A stretch of DNA of 64,000 nt from Deltaproteobacteria bacterium (GTDB lineage: Bacteria; Desulfobacterota; Desulfobaccia; Desulfobaccales; 0-14-0-80-60-11). This document shows positions 19,203 to 28,155 of this stretch, piece by piece. The stretch's first letter is position 1. Every line of letters begins with the position of its first letter. Below the pieces are notes generated by a model. The model did not search any database. It saw only the letters and a list, made by a program, of their open reading frames with translations, and was not told the origin of the DNA. Made by a program: the position numbers and the translations under genes. The DNA lies in NCBI GenBank assembly GCA_021813445.1, contig JAKAKP010000144.1:30447-94446 (forward strand), in the 5' to 3' direction.

Positions 19203-20072
19203 GTGAAAGTCTTGGTGAGCGGCGCCACGGGGTTCATTGGCCAGCAGGTCGTGCCCTTCCTGCAGGGCCTGGGCCGGTGCCGCATCCTCGCCAGCGCCAG
19301 GGATGAAGCCAAGCTCCAGGAACTGGGTGCGGATTATGTTGTCTATGACCTCAATCAAGAGCCCCATGATTGTTACGAGCGGCTGGGGCGGCCGGAGGTC
19401 TTGATCCACCTGGCCTGGGAGGGTCTGCCCCATTACCAGGAATCCTTTCACCTGGACCGCAACCTGGTGAACCATTACCGGTTTTTGCAAAGCATGATTG
19501 CGCAAGGGTTGCCCAGCCTGACAGTCACGGGCACCTGCTACGAATACGGGTTGCACAACGGCTGCTTGCCGGAAGAGACGGCTCCCAACCCCACCACCTG
19601 TTACGGCCTGGCCAAGGATGTCCTGCGCCGCCGCCTGGAGGCCCTGCAACAGCAGCATCCCTTCCGGCTGCGCTGGCTCCGCCTTTTCTTTCTTTATGGC
19701 CCAGGCCAGCCGGAACGGACCCTGATGGCCAAAGTGGACCAGGCCCTGGACACAGGGCAGGAGACCTTCGATATGTCCGGGGGCGAGCAGCTCCGGGACT
19801 ATCTCTCCGTGACGGAGGTCGCGGCCCTGATCGCCAAAGTGGCCCTGCAGCCGCGCTATGACGGGATTTTCAACATCTGTTCGGGGCAGCCCATTTCGGT
19901 GCGCCGCCTGGTAGAGGAGCATATCGCCGCCAGGGGCGGCCGGCTGCGCCTGAACCTGGGGGTCTTCCCCTACCCGGCCCATGAACCCCTGGCCTTCTGG
20001 GGCGACCCCAGCCGGCTGCGCCTCGCCGTAGCCGCATTTGAGGAGGAACAGCACCATGCCGCACACCCCTGA
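19203..20072 (+). CDS. NAD-dependent epimerase/dehydratase family 4-ketoreductase
   Basis: GTG start with an AGGAG RBS five nt upstream. VKVLVSGATGFIGQ is the Rossmann motif and the protein is of the RmlD/SDR type. Confidence 0.7.
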   Translation: MKVLVSGATGFIGQQVVPFLQGLGRCRILASARDEAKLQELGADYVVYDLNQEPHDCYERLGRPEVLIHLAWEGLPHYQESFHLDRNLVNHYRFLQSMIAQGLPSLTVTGTCYEYGLHNGCLPEETAPNPTTCYGLAKDVLRRRLEALQQQHPFRLRWLRLFFLYGPGQPERTLMAKVDQALDTGQETFDMSGGEQLRDYLSVTEVAALIAKVALQPRYDGIFNICSGQPISVRRLVEEHIAARGGRLRLNLGVFPYPAHEPLAFWGDPSRLRLAVAAFEEEQHHAAHP

Positions 20073-21324
20073 ATCGAGGCTAACAACCGTAACCGACCGC
20101 CTCCGGGACCGGGAGGTCTACCTCTGGGGAGCCCGTCAAGACGGCCTGAGCATGTGCCGGGTCCTGGAGCGCCAGGGGCGGCGGCCCGCAGGTTTCATCG
20201 ACAGCAGCGTCTCCCTCCAGGGGAAAACCGTCCTGGAGTATCCGGTCAAGGCACCGGCGGAGATCCTCAAGCATAACGGCCACCGGCCCTATATCATCAT
20301 CACCTCCGGCTTTTTCGCGGACGAAATCGCGCTCCAATGCCAGGACGCGGGTTTCACCACGCCCGAGGATTTCATCACCTTCTCGGAAATTCAGCGCTTC
20401 GACTACCAGATCGATATTTCCGGGGCCTGCAACCTCCGCTGCATCTCCTGCCCCCGGGGGAATTTTTCTCCCCAGCCCCGGGCCGGTTTCATGACCGCGG
20501 CCATCTTTGAGCAGGTCCTGGCCAAGATCCTCCGGGAAGACCCCTTTGTGGGCGCGGTCAGCCTCTATAACTGGGGCGAACCCTTGCTAAATCCGGATCT
20601 GGCCGCGATCATCCGCCACGCCAACGCCAAAGGGGTGCACACCGCGGTCTCCAGCAACCTCAATATCCGCAAGGACTTTGCCGAGGTCATCGCCGCCCGC
20701 CCCACCTGGTTCCGGGTCTCGGTGTCCGGCTCCGGGGCCAACTACGAAACCACCCATACCGGCGGTTCCTGGGACCTGTTTCTGAAAAATCTGTACCGGC
20801 TGCGGCAGTTGCAGACGGAACTCCACCCGGACCTCCAGGTGGAAGTCTTTTATCATATCTACCGCCATAACAATGGCGAGGATTTCCGGCTGCTGCAACG
20901 GCTCTGCGAGGAACTTGACTTTACCCTGCGCTTTCGCCACGCGGCCCTGGCCCCCCTGGAAAACATCGAAGCCGTCATCGACGGCAAGCCGCTCAATCCC
21001 CAGGTGCAGCGCACCATGGAGTTGCAGGCCCTGCCGGTCCCGGAAGCCATGGAGATCGCCCGCAGCCAAAAGGACCGGCCCTGCTTTTACGAGCGCTGCC
21101 TCTGGATCACCTGGGACCTCAAGGTGAGCCAGTGCATGGAATGGTTTGACCCCAAGCTCCTGCTGGTGCCGGGGGATTTTTTGTCCACCCCCATGGCAGA
21201 AATCGAAGCTGCCAGGAAGAACAACGCCTTTTGCCGCCACTGTAAGGAAAAGGCCATTCACCGCTGCTACGCGGTTTACGGCGACGAAAAGCTGGTGCAC
21301 GAGCGCCAAAGCGTGGCTTTGTAA
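20056..21324 (+). CDS. Radical SAM enzyme, paralog 1 (N-terminal Rossmann-like module, C-terminal Cys-rich auxiliary-cluster region)
   Basis: CNLRCISCP (CxxxCxxC), YNWGEPLLNP, SSNLN, YHIYRHN, and C-terminal Cys residues (PCFYERC, SQC, CRHC). [10 protein letters not shown] before the ATG at 20056. Confidence 0.8.
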   Translation: MPHTPESRLTTVTDRLRDREVYLWGARQDGLSMCRVLERQGRRPAGFIDSSVSLQGKTVLEYPVKAPAEILKHNGHRPYIIITSGFFADEIALQCQDAGFTTPEDFITFSEIQRFDYQIDISGACNLRCISCPRGNFSPQPRAGFMTAAIFEQVLAKILREDPFVGAVSLYNWGEPLLNPDLAAIIRHANAKGVHTAVSSNLNIRKDFAEVIAARPTWFRVSVSGSGANYETTHTGGSWDLFLKNLYRLRQLQTELHPDLQVEVFYHIYRHNNGEDFRLLQRLCEELDFTLRFRHAALAPLENIEAVIDGKPLNPQVQRTMELQALPVPEAMEIARSQKDRPCFYERCLWITWDLKVSQCMEWFDPKLLLVPGDFLSTPMAEIEAARKNNAFCRHCKEKAIHRCYAVYGDEKLVHERQSVAL

Positions 21325-21337
21325 GGGAGATGCCGTG

Positions 21338-22621
21338 ATGTCGGAATCGAGGCTGAGTTCCACCCCCTTGCAACACCTGAACGGCAGCCGCCCCATTTAT
21401 CTCTGGGGCGCCAGCCAGGCCGGCATGGGCATGCTCTACGCCCTGCGCCGCCAGGGTGTTGACATTACCGGTTTCATCGATAAGCGCAAGGCCCTCCAGG
21501 GCGGCGCCATTTACGACCAGCCGGTGTACAGTCCGGAAGAGGTCTTATACGGGCCGCGGCGGGCCTCCAGGCCTTTCATCATCAACACCACCTTCCAGCA
21601 TAAAAATGAAATCAGCGCGGTCTGTGAGGCCGCGGGCCTGCTCCCCGGTGAGGACTACCTCTATTATGAGGAATTGAGCCCCTTCGATTACCAGGTGGTG
21701 GTCTGCGGCATCTGCAACCTCCGCTGCATCTCCTGCCCCATGGGGAATATGCCGGCAAAGGAGCCCGCGGGCATGATGTCCGCGGCCACCTACGCCCGGG
21801 TCCTGGACAAAATCCTCCAGGAGAATCCTTACCTGGGCATCATCCAGCTCTACAACTGGGGGGAGCCCCTCCTTAATCCGGAGCTGCCGGAAATCATCCG
21901 CCTCACCAATGAGCGGCAGGTGCTTTGCGCGGTCTCCAGCAACCTGAGCCTGACCCGGGATTTCGAGGAAGTCATCCGAGCCCGGCCCGGCTGTTTCCGC
22001 ATTTCTTTGTCAGGTTGGGGCGAAACTTACGCCATCACCCATACCAAAGGCAATTGGAGCCTGGTGCTAAAAAACATGCGTCGCCTCAGTGAGCTGCGGG
22101 CCCGGCACTGCCCGGAGATGCCCGTGGAGGTCACCTACCATCTCTACCGGCACAACCAGAACGACGCCATGAAGATCGGGCTTTTATGCGCGGAGTTGGG
22201 TTTTGTCTTCCGGCCCCACATGGCCGCACTCCTGCCGTTGGATAATGTTGTCACCTATATTAACGGCGGCCAATTGACCCCGGCGGCGGAACAGACCCTG
22301 GAAATCCTGCTCCTCCCCATCGACCAGGCCGTGAAAATGGCGGCCGGGGAAAGACACCTGGCCTGTAATTTTGAGCACGCCATCAATATCGATTGGGACC
22401 TGACCGTCAAACACTGCGGCTTGTACTACAGCCGCGCCGATAACCAGGCTGCGGACTCTTATCTGGAGACCTCTCTGGCCGAGATTATAGCTCGGCGCCG
22501 GACCAGCCGGTTGTGCCGTACCTGTCGGGGGAAAGGCCTCCATCGGTTCTGCCGCCTCTATACCAGCGAGACCCCCGAACTCGAAGAACAAACTCATACC
22601 ATCAGGGAAGCTGCCTCATGA
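21338..22621 (+). CDS. Radical SAM enzyme, paralog 2
   Basis: The same architecture with CNLRCISCP, YNWGEPLLNP, YHLYRHN and CRTC. AAGGGAGA RBS before the ATG at 21338. Confidence 0.8.
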   Translation: MSESRLSSTPLQHLNGSRPIYLWGASQAGMGMLYALRRQGVDITGFIDKRKALQGGAIYDQPVYSPEEVLYGPRRASRPFIINTTFQHKNEISAVCEAAGLLPGEDYLYYEELSPFDYQVVVCGICNLRCISCPMGNMPAKEPAGMMSAATYARVLDKILQENPYLGIIQLYNWGEPLLNPELPEIIRLTNERQVLCAVSSNLSLTRDFEEVIRARPGCFRISLSGWGETYAITHTKGNWSLVLKNMRRLSELRARHCPEMPVEVTYHLYRHNQNDAMKIGLLCAELGFVFRPHMAALLPLDNVVTYINGGQLTPAAEQTLEILLLPIDQAVKMAAGERHLACNFEHAINIDWDLTVKHCGLYYSRADNQAADSYLETSLAEIIARRRTSRLCRTCRGKGLHRFCRLYTSETPELEEQTHTIREAAS

Positions 22622-23910
22622 CCACGGAAAGAACGGCTGCCATCAAGTGTATGGACCTTAACGACCTGGAGGCGCTGCGCCGGGGCCGCCCCGTGTATCT
22701 CTGGGGCGCGTCCATCGTCGGCCACGGCGTCTGCCGGGCTCTGGAGCGCAGCGGCCTGGCCCCGACGGCCTTTCTCGACCGCAGCCCCCGTCTGCGGGGC
22801 AAAAAGGCCCTGGACTACCCGGTCTGGCCCCCGGAGGCCCTGCTGGAGCAGGCCGACGCCCGGGAGAAAGCCTTCATCATCATCGCCTCGGGGCATTATG
22901 AGGATGAAATCGCGGGCAACTGCCGGGAGGCTGGCCTGGAACCGGGGCAGGACTTCATCTCCTCCCGGGCCCTGTCTCCCCTGGACCCCAGTGTGGACAT
23001 CGCCGGGATTTGCAACCTCCGCTGTATCAGTTGTCCCCGGGGCAATATGGCCGAAAAGCCTCCCAAGGGGTTCATGACTCCCGCCACCTTCGAGCTGGTG
23101 CTGGACAAGTTGCTCAAGGAGCTGCCTTTCTTGGGCAATATCCAGCTTTATGCCTGGGGGGAGCCTTTGTTGCACCCCCAGATAGCCGAGATCATCCGCC
23201 TGACTCGGAAGCGCCGGCTCCTGAGCGCCATTTCCACCAACCTGAACGTGCGCCGGGACCTCACCGAGGTGATCCAGGCGCAGCCCGACTGGCTGAAAAT
23301 TTCCGCGTCCGGCTTCGGGGCCAATTACGAGATGACCCATACCGGCGGCAAATGGGACCTGTTCTATAGCAACCTCTTCCGGCTCCAGGAGTTACGGGAA
23401 CGCCACCACCCCAGCATGTATGTGGAGATGAACTACCACCTCTACCGCCATAACCTGGGGGAGGACTACCGGCAAATGGCCCAACTCTGCCAGAAGCTGG
23501 GGTTCGCATTCCGTCCCAATTGGGCCTATCTCTATCCCCTGGACAACGTTCTGGCCTATTGCCAGGGACAGCCCCTGAGCCCGGAGGCCGAACGCACCCT
23601 GGACCTCTTGCTGTTGAGTCTGGATCACGGTCTGGCCCGGGCCCGCAGCCAGGCCCATCTGCCCTGTGCCGAGGCCCGCTGCTTTCCCATTGCCTGGAAT
23701 CTGAACGTGCGTTCCTGCGGCGCGTTTTTTCTCCCCACCGTGGTGGACAACTTTCTGGAAGTGCCTCTCCCGGAAATCCTCCGCCGCCGGGACGCCAGCG
23801 GTATTTGCCAGGAATGTCAGCGCCATGCCCTGCATCGCTTCACCAGCGTCTATCTGGAGGAGGCCATGCCCATTGCTGCCGGCGCCACCCAGCAAGGAGC
23901 CACAGGCTGA
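22618..23910 (+). CDS. Radical SAM enzyme, paralog 3
   Basis: The same architecture with CNLRCISCP, YAWGEPLLHP, YHLYRHN and CQEC. ATGA overlap with paralog 2. Confidence 0.8.
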   Translation: MTTERTAAIKCMDLNDLEALRRGRPVYLWGASIVGHGVCRALERSGLAPTAFLDRSPRLRGKKALDYPVWPPEALLEQADAREKAFIIIASGHYEDEIAGNCREAGLEPGQDFISSRALSPLDPSVDIAGICNLRCISCPRGNMAEKPPKGFMTPATFELVLDKLLKELPFLGNIQLYAWGEPLLHPQIAEIIRLTRKRRLLSAISTNLNVRRDLTEVIQAQPDWLKISASGFGANYEMTHTGGKWDLFYSNLFRLQELRERHHPSMYVEMNYHLYRHNLGEDYRQMAQLCQKLGFAFRPNWAYLYPLDNVLAYCQGQPLSPEAERTLDLLLLSLDHGLARARSQAHLPCAEARCFPIAWNLNVRSCGAFFLPTVVDNFLEVPLPEILRRRDASGICQECQRHALHRFTSVYLEEAMPIAAGATQQGATG

Positions 23911-25178
23911 TGCAGACCTTCCAGGCACATAGTCGGATTCGCCCGGTCCTGGAGCGCCTCTCCGGACGCCCGGTCTATATCTGGGGTGCAGGGCAGCAGG
24001 GCCGGGGCATGGGCCGGGTGCTGGAACGCCAGGGGGTAGAGCTCCGGGGCTACTTGGATTCCAGCCCGCAGTTGCACGGTCGCTCCGCCTTGGGCTATCC
24101 CATCTCCCCGCCCGAGGCGGTCCTGCAGCCCGCCGTCCCCAACGGCAAACCCTTCGTGATCATTGCCTCCTTTTTCTTTGAAAAGGACATCATGGAGCGC
24201 TGCCGCCTGGCCGGCCTGGAAGCAGAGCGCGATTTCATCTCCTACAAGGACCTGAAACCCTTCGATTATGCCATCGACGTCTCCGGGGCCTGCAACCTGC
24301 GCTGCCTCTCTTGCCCCCGGGCCACCCGCAGCCACCGCCACCCGCCGCCGGGGTTCATGACCCCCGGCGTTTTTACCCAGGTCCTGGATAAGATCCTGGA
24401 CGAAGACCCCCTGGTGGGCAATCTCCAGCTTTATCAATGGGGCGAGCCCCTGCTCAACCCCCAGCTGCCGGAAATCCTGGGCCTCGCCAACGCCAGGGGG
24501 CTCCCCTGCGCCCTGTCCAGCAACCTGAATTCCACGACCAACCTGGAGCCGGTCATTGCCGCAGGCCCGGCCTGGTTCCGTATCTCCGTCAGCGGCGTGG
24601 GCCGGGAATACGAGCGCACCCATACCGGGGCCACTTGGGCCAAGTTATTGAAAAACATGGAAAGCCTGGCCGAGTTGCGGGCCCGCCTGCGGCCGGACAT
24701 GAAGACCGAGGTCTACTACCATCTCTACCGCCACAATCGGGACGGCTCCCTGGACGAAGTGAAGCGGCTGTGCGAGCGCTTCGAGTTCGAGCTCCACCCG
24801 GTCTGGGCTTATCTCATCTCCCTGGACGACGTGCTGGAATATCTCGAAGGCGGCGAACTCACCCCCCAGGCCCAAGAGGCCGCAGAGATGCTGGCCCTGG
24901 GTCTGGAGCAAGGCATGGCCCTGGCCCGCAGGGAGATTCGGGAAAAGTGCCTGGTGGACCGGTGCATCCATGTCAATTGGAACCTCACGGTGAGTAACTG
25001 CATGATGTTCTTTTATCCCCAGGACAATATTGCCGCGGCCAATTTTCTGGAAACGCCCCTGGAAGAGATTTTGTCGACCCGGGTCAAAAGCAGCCTCTGC
25101 CGGCGCTGCCGGGCCCAGGCCCTGCACCGCTACTGCAACGTCTACAATACCGAACAGATCGAAGGAGCCGCCGCCTGA
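23910..25178 (+). CDS. Radical SAM enzyme, paralog 4
   Basis: The same architecture with CNLRCLSCP, YQWGEPLLNP, YHLYRHN and CRRC. TGATG overlap with paralog 3. Confidence 0.8.
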   Translation: MQTFQAHSRIRPVLERLSGRPVYIWGAGQQGRGMGRVLERQGVELRGYLDSSPQLHGRSALGYPISPPEAVLQPAVPNGKPFVIIASFFFEKDIMERCRLAGLEAERDFISYKDLKPFDYAIDVSGACNLRCLSCPRATRSHRHPPPGFMTPGVFTQVLDKILDEDPLVGNLQLYQWGEPLLNPQLPEILGLANARGLPCALSSNLNSTTNLEPVIAAGPAWFRISVSGVGREYERTHTGATWAKLLKNMESLAELRARLRPDMKTEVYYHLYRHNRDGSLDEVKRLCERFEFELHPVWAYLISLDDVLEYLEGGELTPQAQEAAEMLALGLEQGMALARREIREKCLVDRCIHVNWNLTVSNCMMFFYPQDNIAAANFLETPLEEILSTRVKSSLCRRCRAQALHRYCNVYNTEQIEGAAA

Positions 25179-25179
25179 A

Positions 25180-26649
25180 ATGAGCACGATCTTACATATC
25201 ACCCCCCACCTGGGGGGCGGGGTCGGCCGGGTCCTCCGGAATTTTTTGACCTACAGCCGGGATCATTCCGCGGATACTCACCGTCTGGCCTGCCTGGATT
25301 ACGCCAACGCCCCCTCCCAGGCCTGGGCCGCGGCCGCAGGGATCGACTTGAGCGACAACCTGGCCTGGCGTCTGCCGGCATTGCTGGAGATGGTGGCCGC
25401 CGCCGACCTGGCGGTGGTCAACTGGTGGAACCACCCCCTGCTCTTCGACCTGCTGGTGCGCCACCCCTTGCCGCCAGCCCGGGTGCTCCTGTGGTCCCAC
25501 GTTTCCGGGCATACGCCGCCCCAAAATTTTTCCCGGGCCTTGCTGGATTATCCGGACCTCTTCGTGGTGGCCACCCCTTACAGCTTCGAGGCCCCCGCCA
25601 TCCGCCGCCTGCCCCGGAAAAAACGGGAGGCCAAAGTGCGGCTGGTTTTCAGCTGTGCCGGGATCGACCACGTCGCCCAGGCCAGCCCCCGGCCCCATGC
25701 CGGTTTCCGCATCGGCTACATCGGCACGGTGGATTATGCCAAGATGCACCGGGATTTCCTGCAGATGAGCGCCGCGGCCCGGATTCCCGGGGTGCGCTTT
25801 GTGGTTTGCGGCGGCCCCAGTGAGGAGGCCATCCGCCGGGAAGCTCTAGCGGCCGGCATTGCCGAGAAATTTTATTTTCTGGGCCAGGTCGATGATGTCG
25901 CCCAGGTGCTGGCCGACCTGGACGTCTTCGGCTATCCCCTGGCCCCGGGCCATTACGGCACCGGCGAGCAGGTCCTGATCGAGGCCCTGGCCGTGGGAGT
26001 GCCGCCGGTGGTCCTGGATAACGGCCCGGAAGGCCACGTGGTTGCGGACGGCGTCACCGGTTTGGTGGTGCAAAATAGCCGGGAGTATACCGTAGCCCTG
26101 GAGCGGCTCTTCCGGGAACCGGCCTGGCGCCTGCGCCTGTCGGAAAACGCCCGGCGCCACGCCCGCCAGAGATTCACCATCGCCCAGACGGCCCAGGCCT
26201 GGCAGGCCCTTTTCCAGGAGGCCCTGGAGTTGCCCAAGAGCCCCCGGGCCTGGCCTCAAAAGAACGGCGGCGCCACCGCGGCCGAGGTCTTTGTAGCCGC
26301 ACTGGGGGAAGAAGCCAAAGAATTTGCCCGGAGCCTGGACCAGGACCAACTGAAGCGGGCCCTGGCCGCGGATCGGCGCATCGCCCGGAAGCCCGGTCTC
26401 TTCCGCAGCGCTACTCGGGGCAGCGTCTTCCATTACCAGTCGTTTTTTCCGGACGACCCGTATCTCAACCTCTGGGCGGGGCTCATGCTCCTGGCTGACG
26501 GCGACCCCGTCAAGGCCCGGGAGCGCTGCGCGGCCGCGCAAAGCCTTTTGCCGCCCTGGCGTCTCTCCCAGTATCTGCGGAAACTGGGCATCCCGGCGGG
26601 CGACACCCGGCCCCGGGAGAGCGCGGCCCCTTGCCGCGCCTCGGCCTGA
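25180..26649 (+). CDS. GT-B glycosyltransferase (GT4/Glycos_transf_1-like) with a C-terminal extension of about 130 aa
   Basis: MSTILHITPHLGGGVGRV at the N-terminus and the E-x7-E-type block GEQVLIEALAVGVPPVV...VTGLVV. The start is 1 nt after the upstream stop codon. Confidence 0.75.
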   Translation: MSTILHITPHLGGGVGRVLRNFLTYSRDHSADTHRLACLDYANAPSQAWAAAAGIDLSDNLAWRLPALLEMVAAADLAVVNWWNHPLLFDLLVRHPLPPARVLLWSHVSGHTPPQNFSRALLDYPDLFVVATPYSFEAPAIRRLPRKKREAKVRLVFSCAGIDHVAQASPRPHAGFRIGYIGTVDYAKMHRDFLQMSAAARIPGVRFVVCGGPSEEAIRREALAAGIAEKFYFLGQVDDVAQVLADLDVFGYPLAPGHYGTGEQVLIEALAVGVPPVVLDNGPEGHVVADGVTGLVVQNSREYTVALERLFREPAWRLRLSENARRHARQRFTIAQTAQAWQALFQEALELPKSPRAWPQKNGGATAAEVFVAALGEEAKEFARSLDQDQLKRALAADRRIARKPGLFRSATRGSVFHYQSFFPDDPYLNLWAGLMLLADGDPVKARERCAAAQSLLPPWRLSQYLRKLGIPAGDTRPRESAAPCRASA

Positions 26650-26712
26650 CCGCAGCTCTTGGGGGACGATTTTAGCAAGTATGCACCTGAACGACCGTAT
26701 AAGGGGAATAAT

Positions 26713-28155
26713 ATGAAAATCCTACTCATCCCGTCCTACACGCTGGATTCCGTTACCCGGGTGGGGCGCACCCCGCCCTTGTCTCTGCTTTTCCTGGCCG
26801 CGGTTTTGCGCCAGGCCGGGCACGAGCCCCGGATCCTGGACTTGGATTCGCTCCCCGCCCCCCGGAACCTGGACCGGGAAACCTTTTATCTGCAAACCGT
26901 GCTGGCAGCGGTGGCGGAGCAGCGTCCCGGGATGGTGGGGATCAATTGTCTGCTCACCACCCATTTCCCCTTTGTGCGGCGCACCGCCGAGGCCATCAAG
27001 GCCCGGCATCCCTCCCTGCCTCTGGCCATCGGCGGCATCCATCCCACCTTGTTCGCCCGGGAGATCCTGGAGCATTGTCCGGCCATCGACGCCATCGCCC
27101 TGGGGGAGGGGGAAGATCAGGCGGTGGCCCTGGCCCAGGCCTTTGCCCAGGGCAACCGGACCGCTCTAGGCCATATCGAGGCCCTGGCCTTCCGGGACCA
27201 AAACGGCGCGGTGCAGGTCACCCCCCGCCGGGGCTACATCAAAGATCTGGACCGGCTGCCGGCTCCGGCCTGGGACCTGATCCGCCTGGAGGACTACTAC
27301 ACCGATCATTCCACCTGGTACAACCCCCGGGGCCTGGAGATCAAGATGTCCATCCCCATCCTCTCCAGCCGGAGCTGCCCTTACAATTGCAGCTTCTGCT
27401 CCGCCCACAAGATGATGGGCCGGGGCCACCGCCTCCGCAGCCCGGAGCTGGTGGTGGACGAAATGCAGATGCTCTATGAGCGTCACGGCATCAATTATTT
27501 CGGCTTTGTGGACGACAATCTCACCCTGAATAAACCGCACATCCTGGCGATTTGCCGGGAGATCGTGCGCCGCGGCCTGGTCATCCAGTTCGAATCTTTC
27601 AACGGCTACAACCTCAACTCCCTGGATGAGGAGATCATGGAGGCCATGGTGGAGGCCGGCTGTGTTTACGTCATCCTCCCCATTGAACACGGCTCCGACC
27701 GCATGCGCCAGGAAATCATCGGCAAAAAGATCAGCCGGGGAAAAATCTTCCAGGTGGCGGAACTCTGCAAGCGCTATGACCTTCTGACCAGAGGGGTCTT
27801 CATCATGGGCTTTCCGGAGGAGACCCGGGAGACCCTGACCGACACCTATAATATGATCCACGACCTGCAGCTGGACATGAACCTGGTCTTCAATCTCATC
27901 CCCTATCCCGGGACCAGGATCTTTCAGCAGGCCCTGCGGGATAACCTCTTTTTAACTGAAATCGACGCCGGACGGCTCTGGGACGGCACCTGGGACCTGA
28001 ACGCCCTCCAGAGCCAATTCTATCTCCGGCCTTATCACCTGAGCCTGGAGGATTTGCAGGAGTTTCGGGAAAAGTTTGACGCCCTCAAGTTCTTTTCGCC
28101 CCGGGCCCAGGCGTTGCAGGCCCCCAGGACTCATGAGCATGTGCTCCAGACTTGA
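26713..28155 (+). CDS. B12-binding-domain radical SAM enzyme (class B)
   Basis: N-terminal B12-binding-like fold (MKILLIPSY...LSLLFLAAVLRQAGHEPRILDLD) and the SRSCPYNCSFCS radical SAM motif. AAGGGG RBS before the start. Confidence 0.8.
   Translation: MKILLIPSYTLDSVTRVGRTPPLSLLFLAAVLRQAGHEPRILDLDSLPAPRNLDRETFYLQTVLAAVAEQRPGMVGINCLLTTHFPFVRRTAEAIKARHPSLPLAIGGIHPTLFAREILEHCPAIDAIALGEGEDQAVALAQAFAQGNRTALGHIEALAFRDQNGAVQVTPRRGYIKDLDRLPAPAWDLIRLEDYYTDHSTWYNPRGLEIKMSIPILSSRSCPYNCSFCSAHKMMGRGHRLRSPELVVDEMQMLYERHGINYFGFVDDNLTLNKPHILAICREIVRRGLVIQFESFNGYNLNSLDEEIMEAMVEAGCVYVILPIEHGSDRMRQEIIGKKISRGKIFQVAELCKRYDLLTRGVFIMGFPEETRETLTDTYNMIHDLQLDMNLVFNLIPYPGTRIFQQALRDNLFLTEIDAGRLWDGTWDLNALQSQFYLRPYHLSLEDLQEFREKFDALKFFSPRAQALQAPRTHEHVLQT

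Noticed and set aside
20056-25178. The idea that the four radical SAM/SPASM-like enzymes are RiPP maturases.
   Set aside because: No small precursor-peptide ORF, RRE/PqqD-like domain, leader peptidase or exporter is visible nearby, and the genes are embedded in a nucleotide-sugar and glycosyltransferase operon. The idea is not fully excluded without a search, but it is less parsimonious than sugar or glycan modification.
21146-25180. The long N-terminal extensions given by the ORF track for radical SAM paralogs 2-4 and the GT-B gene (starts at 21146, 22513, 23520 and 25030). The same issue applies to rfbG (17326), def (9650), nuoB (59653) and the propeller gene (54762).
   Set aside because: The extensions overlap the preceding gene in another frame and are compositionally aberrant. 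Downstream starts coincide with RBS motifs or ATGA/TGATG coupling, and they restore colinearity among paralogs or orthologs.
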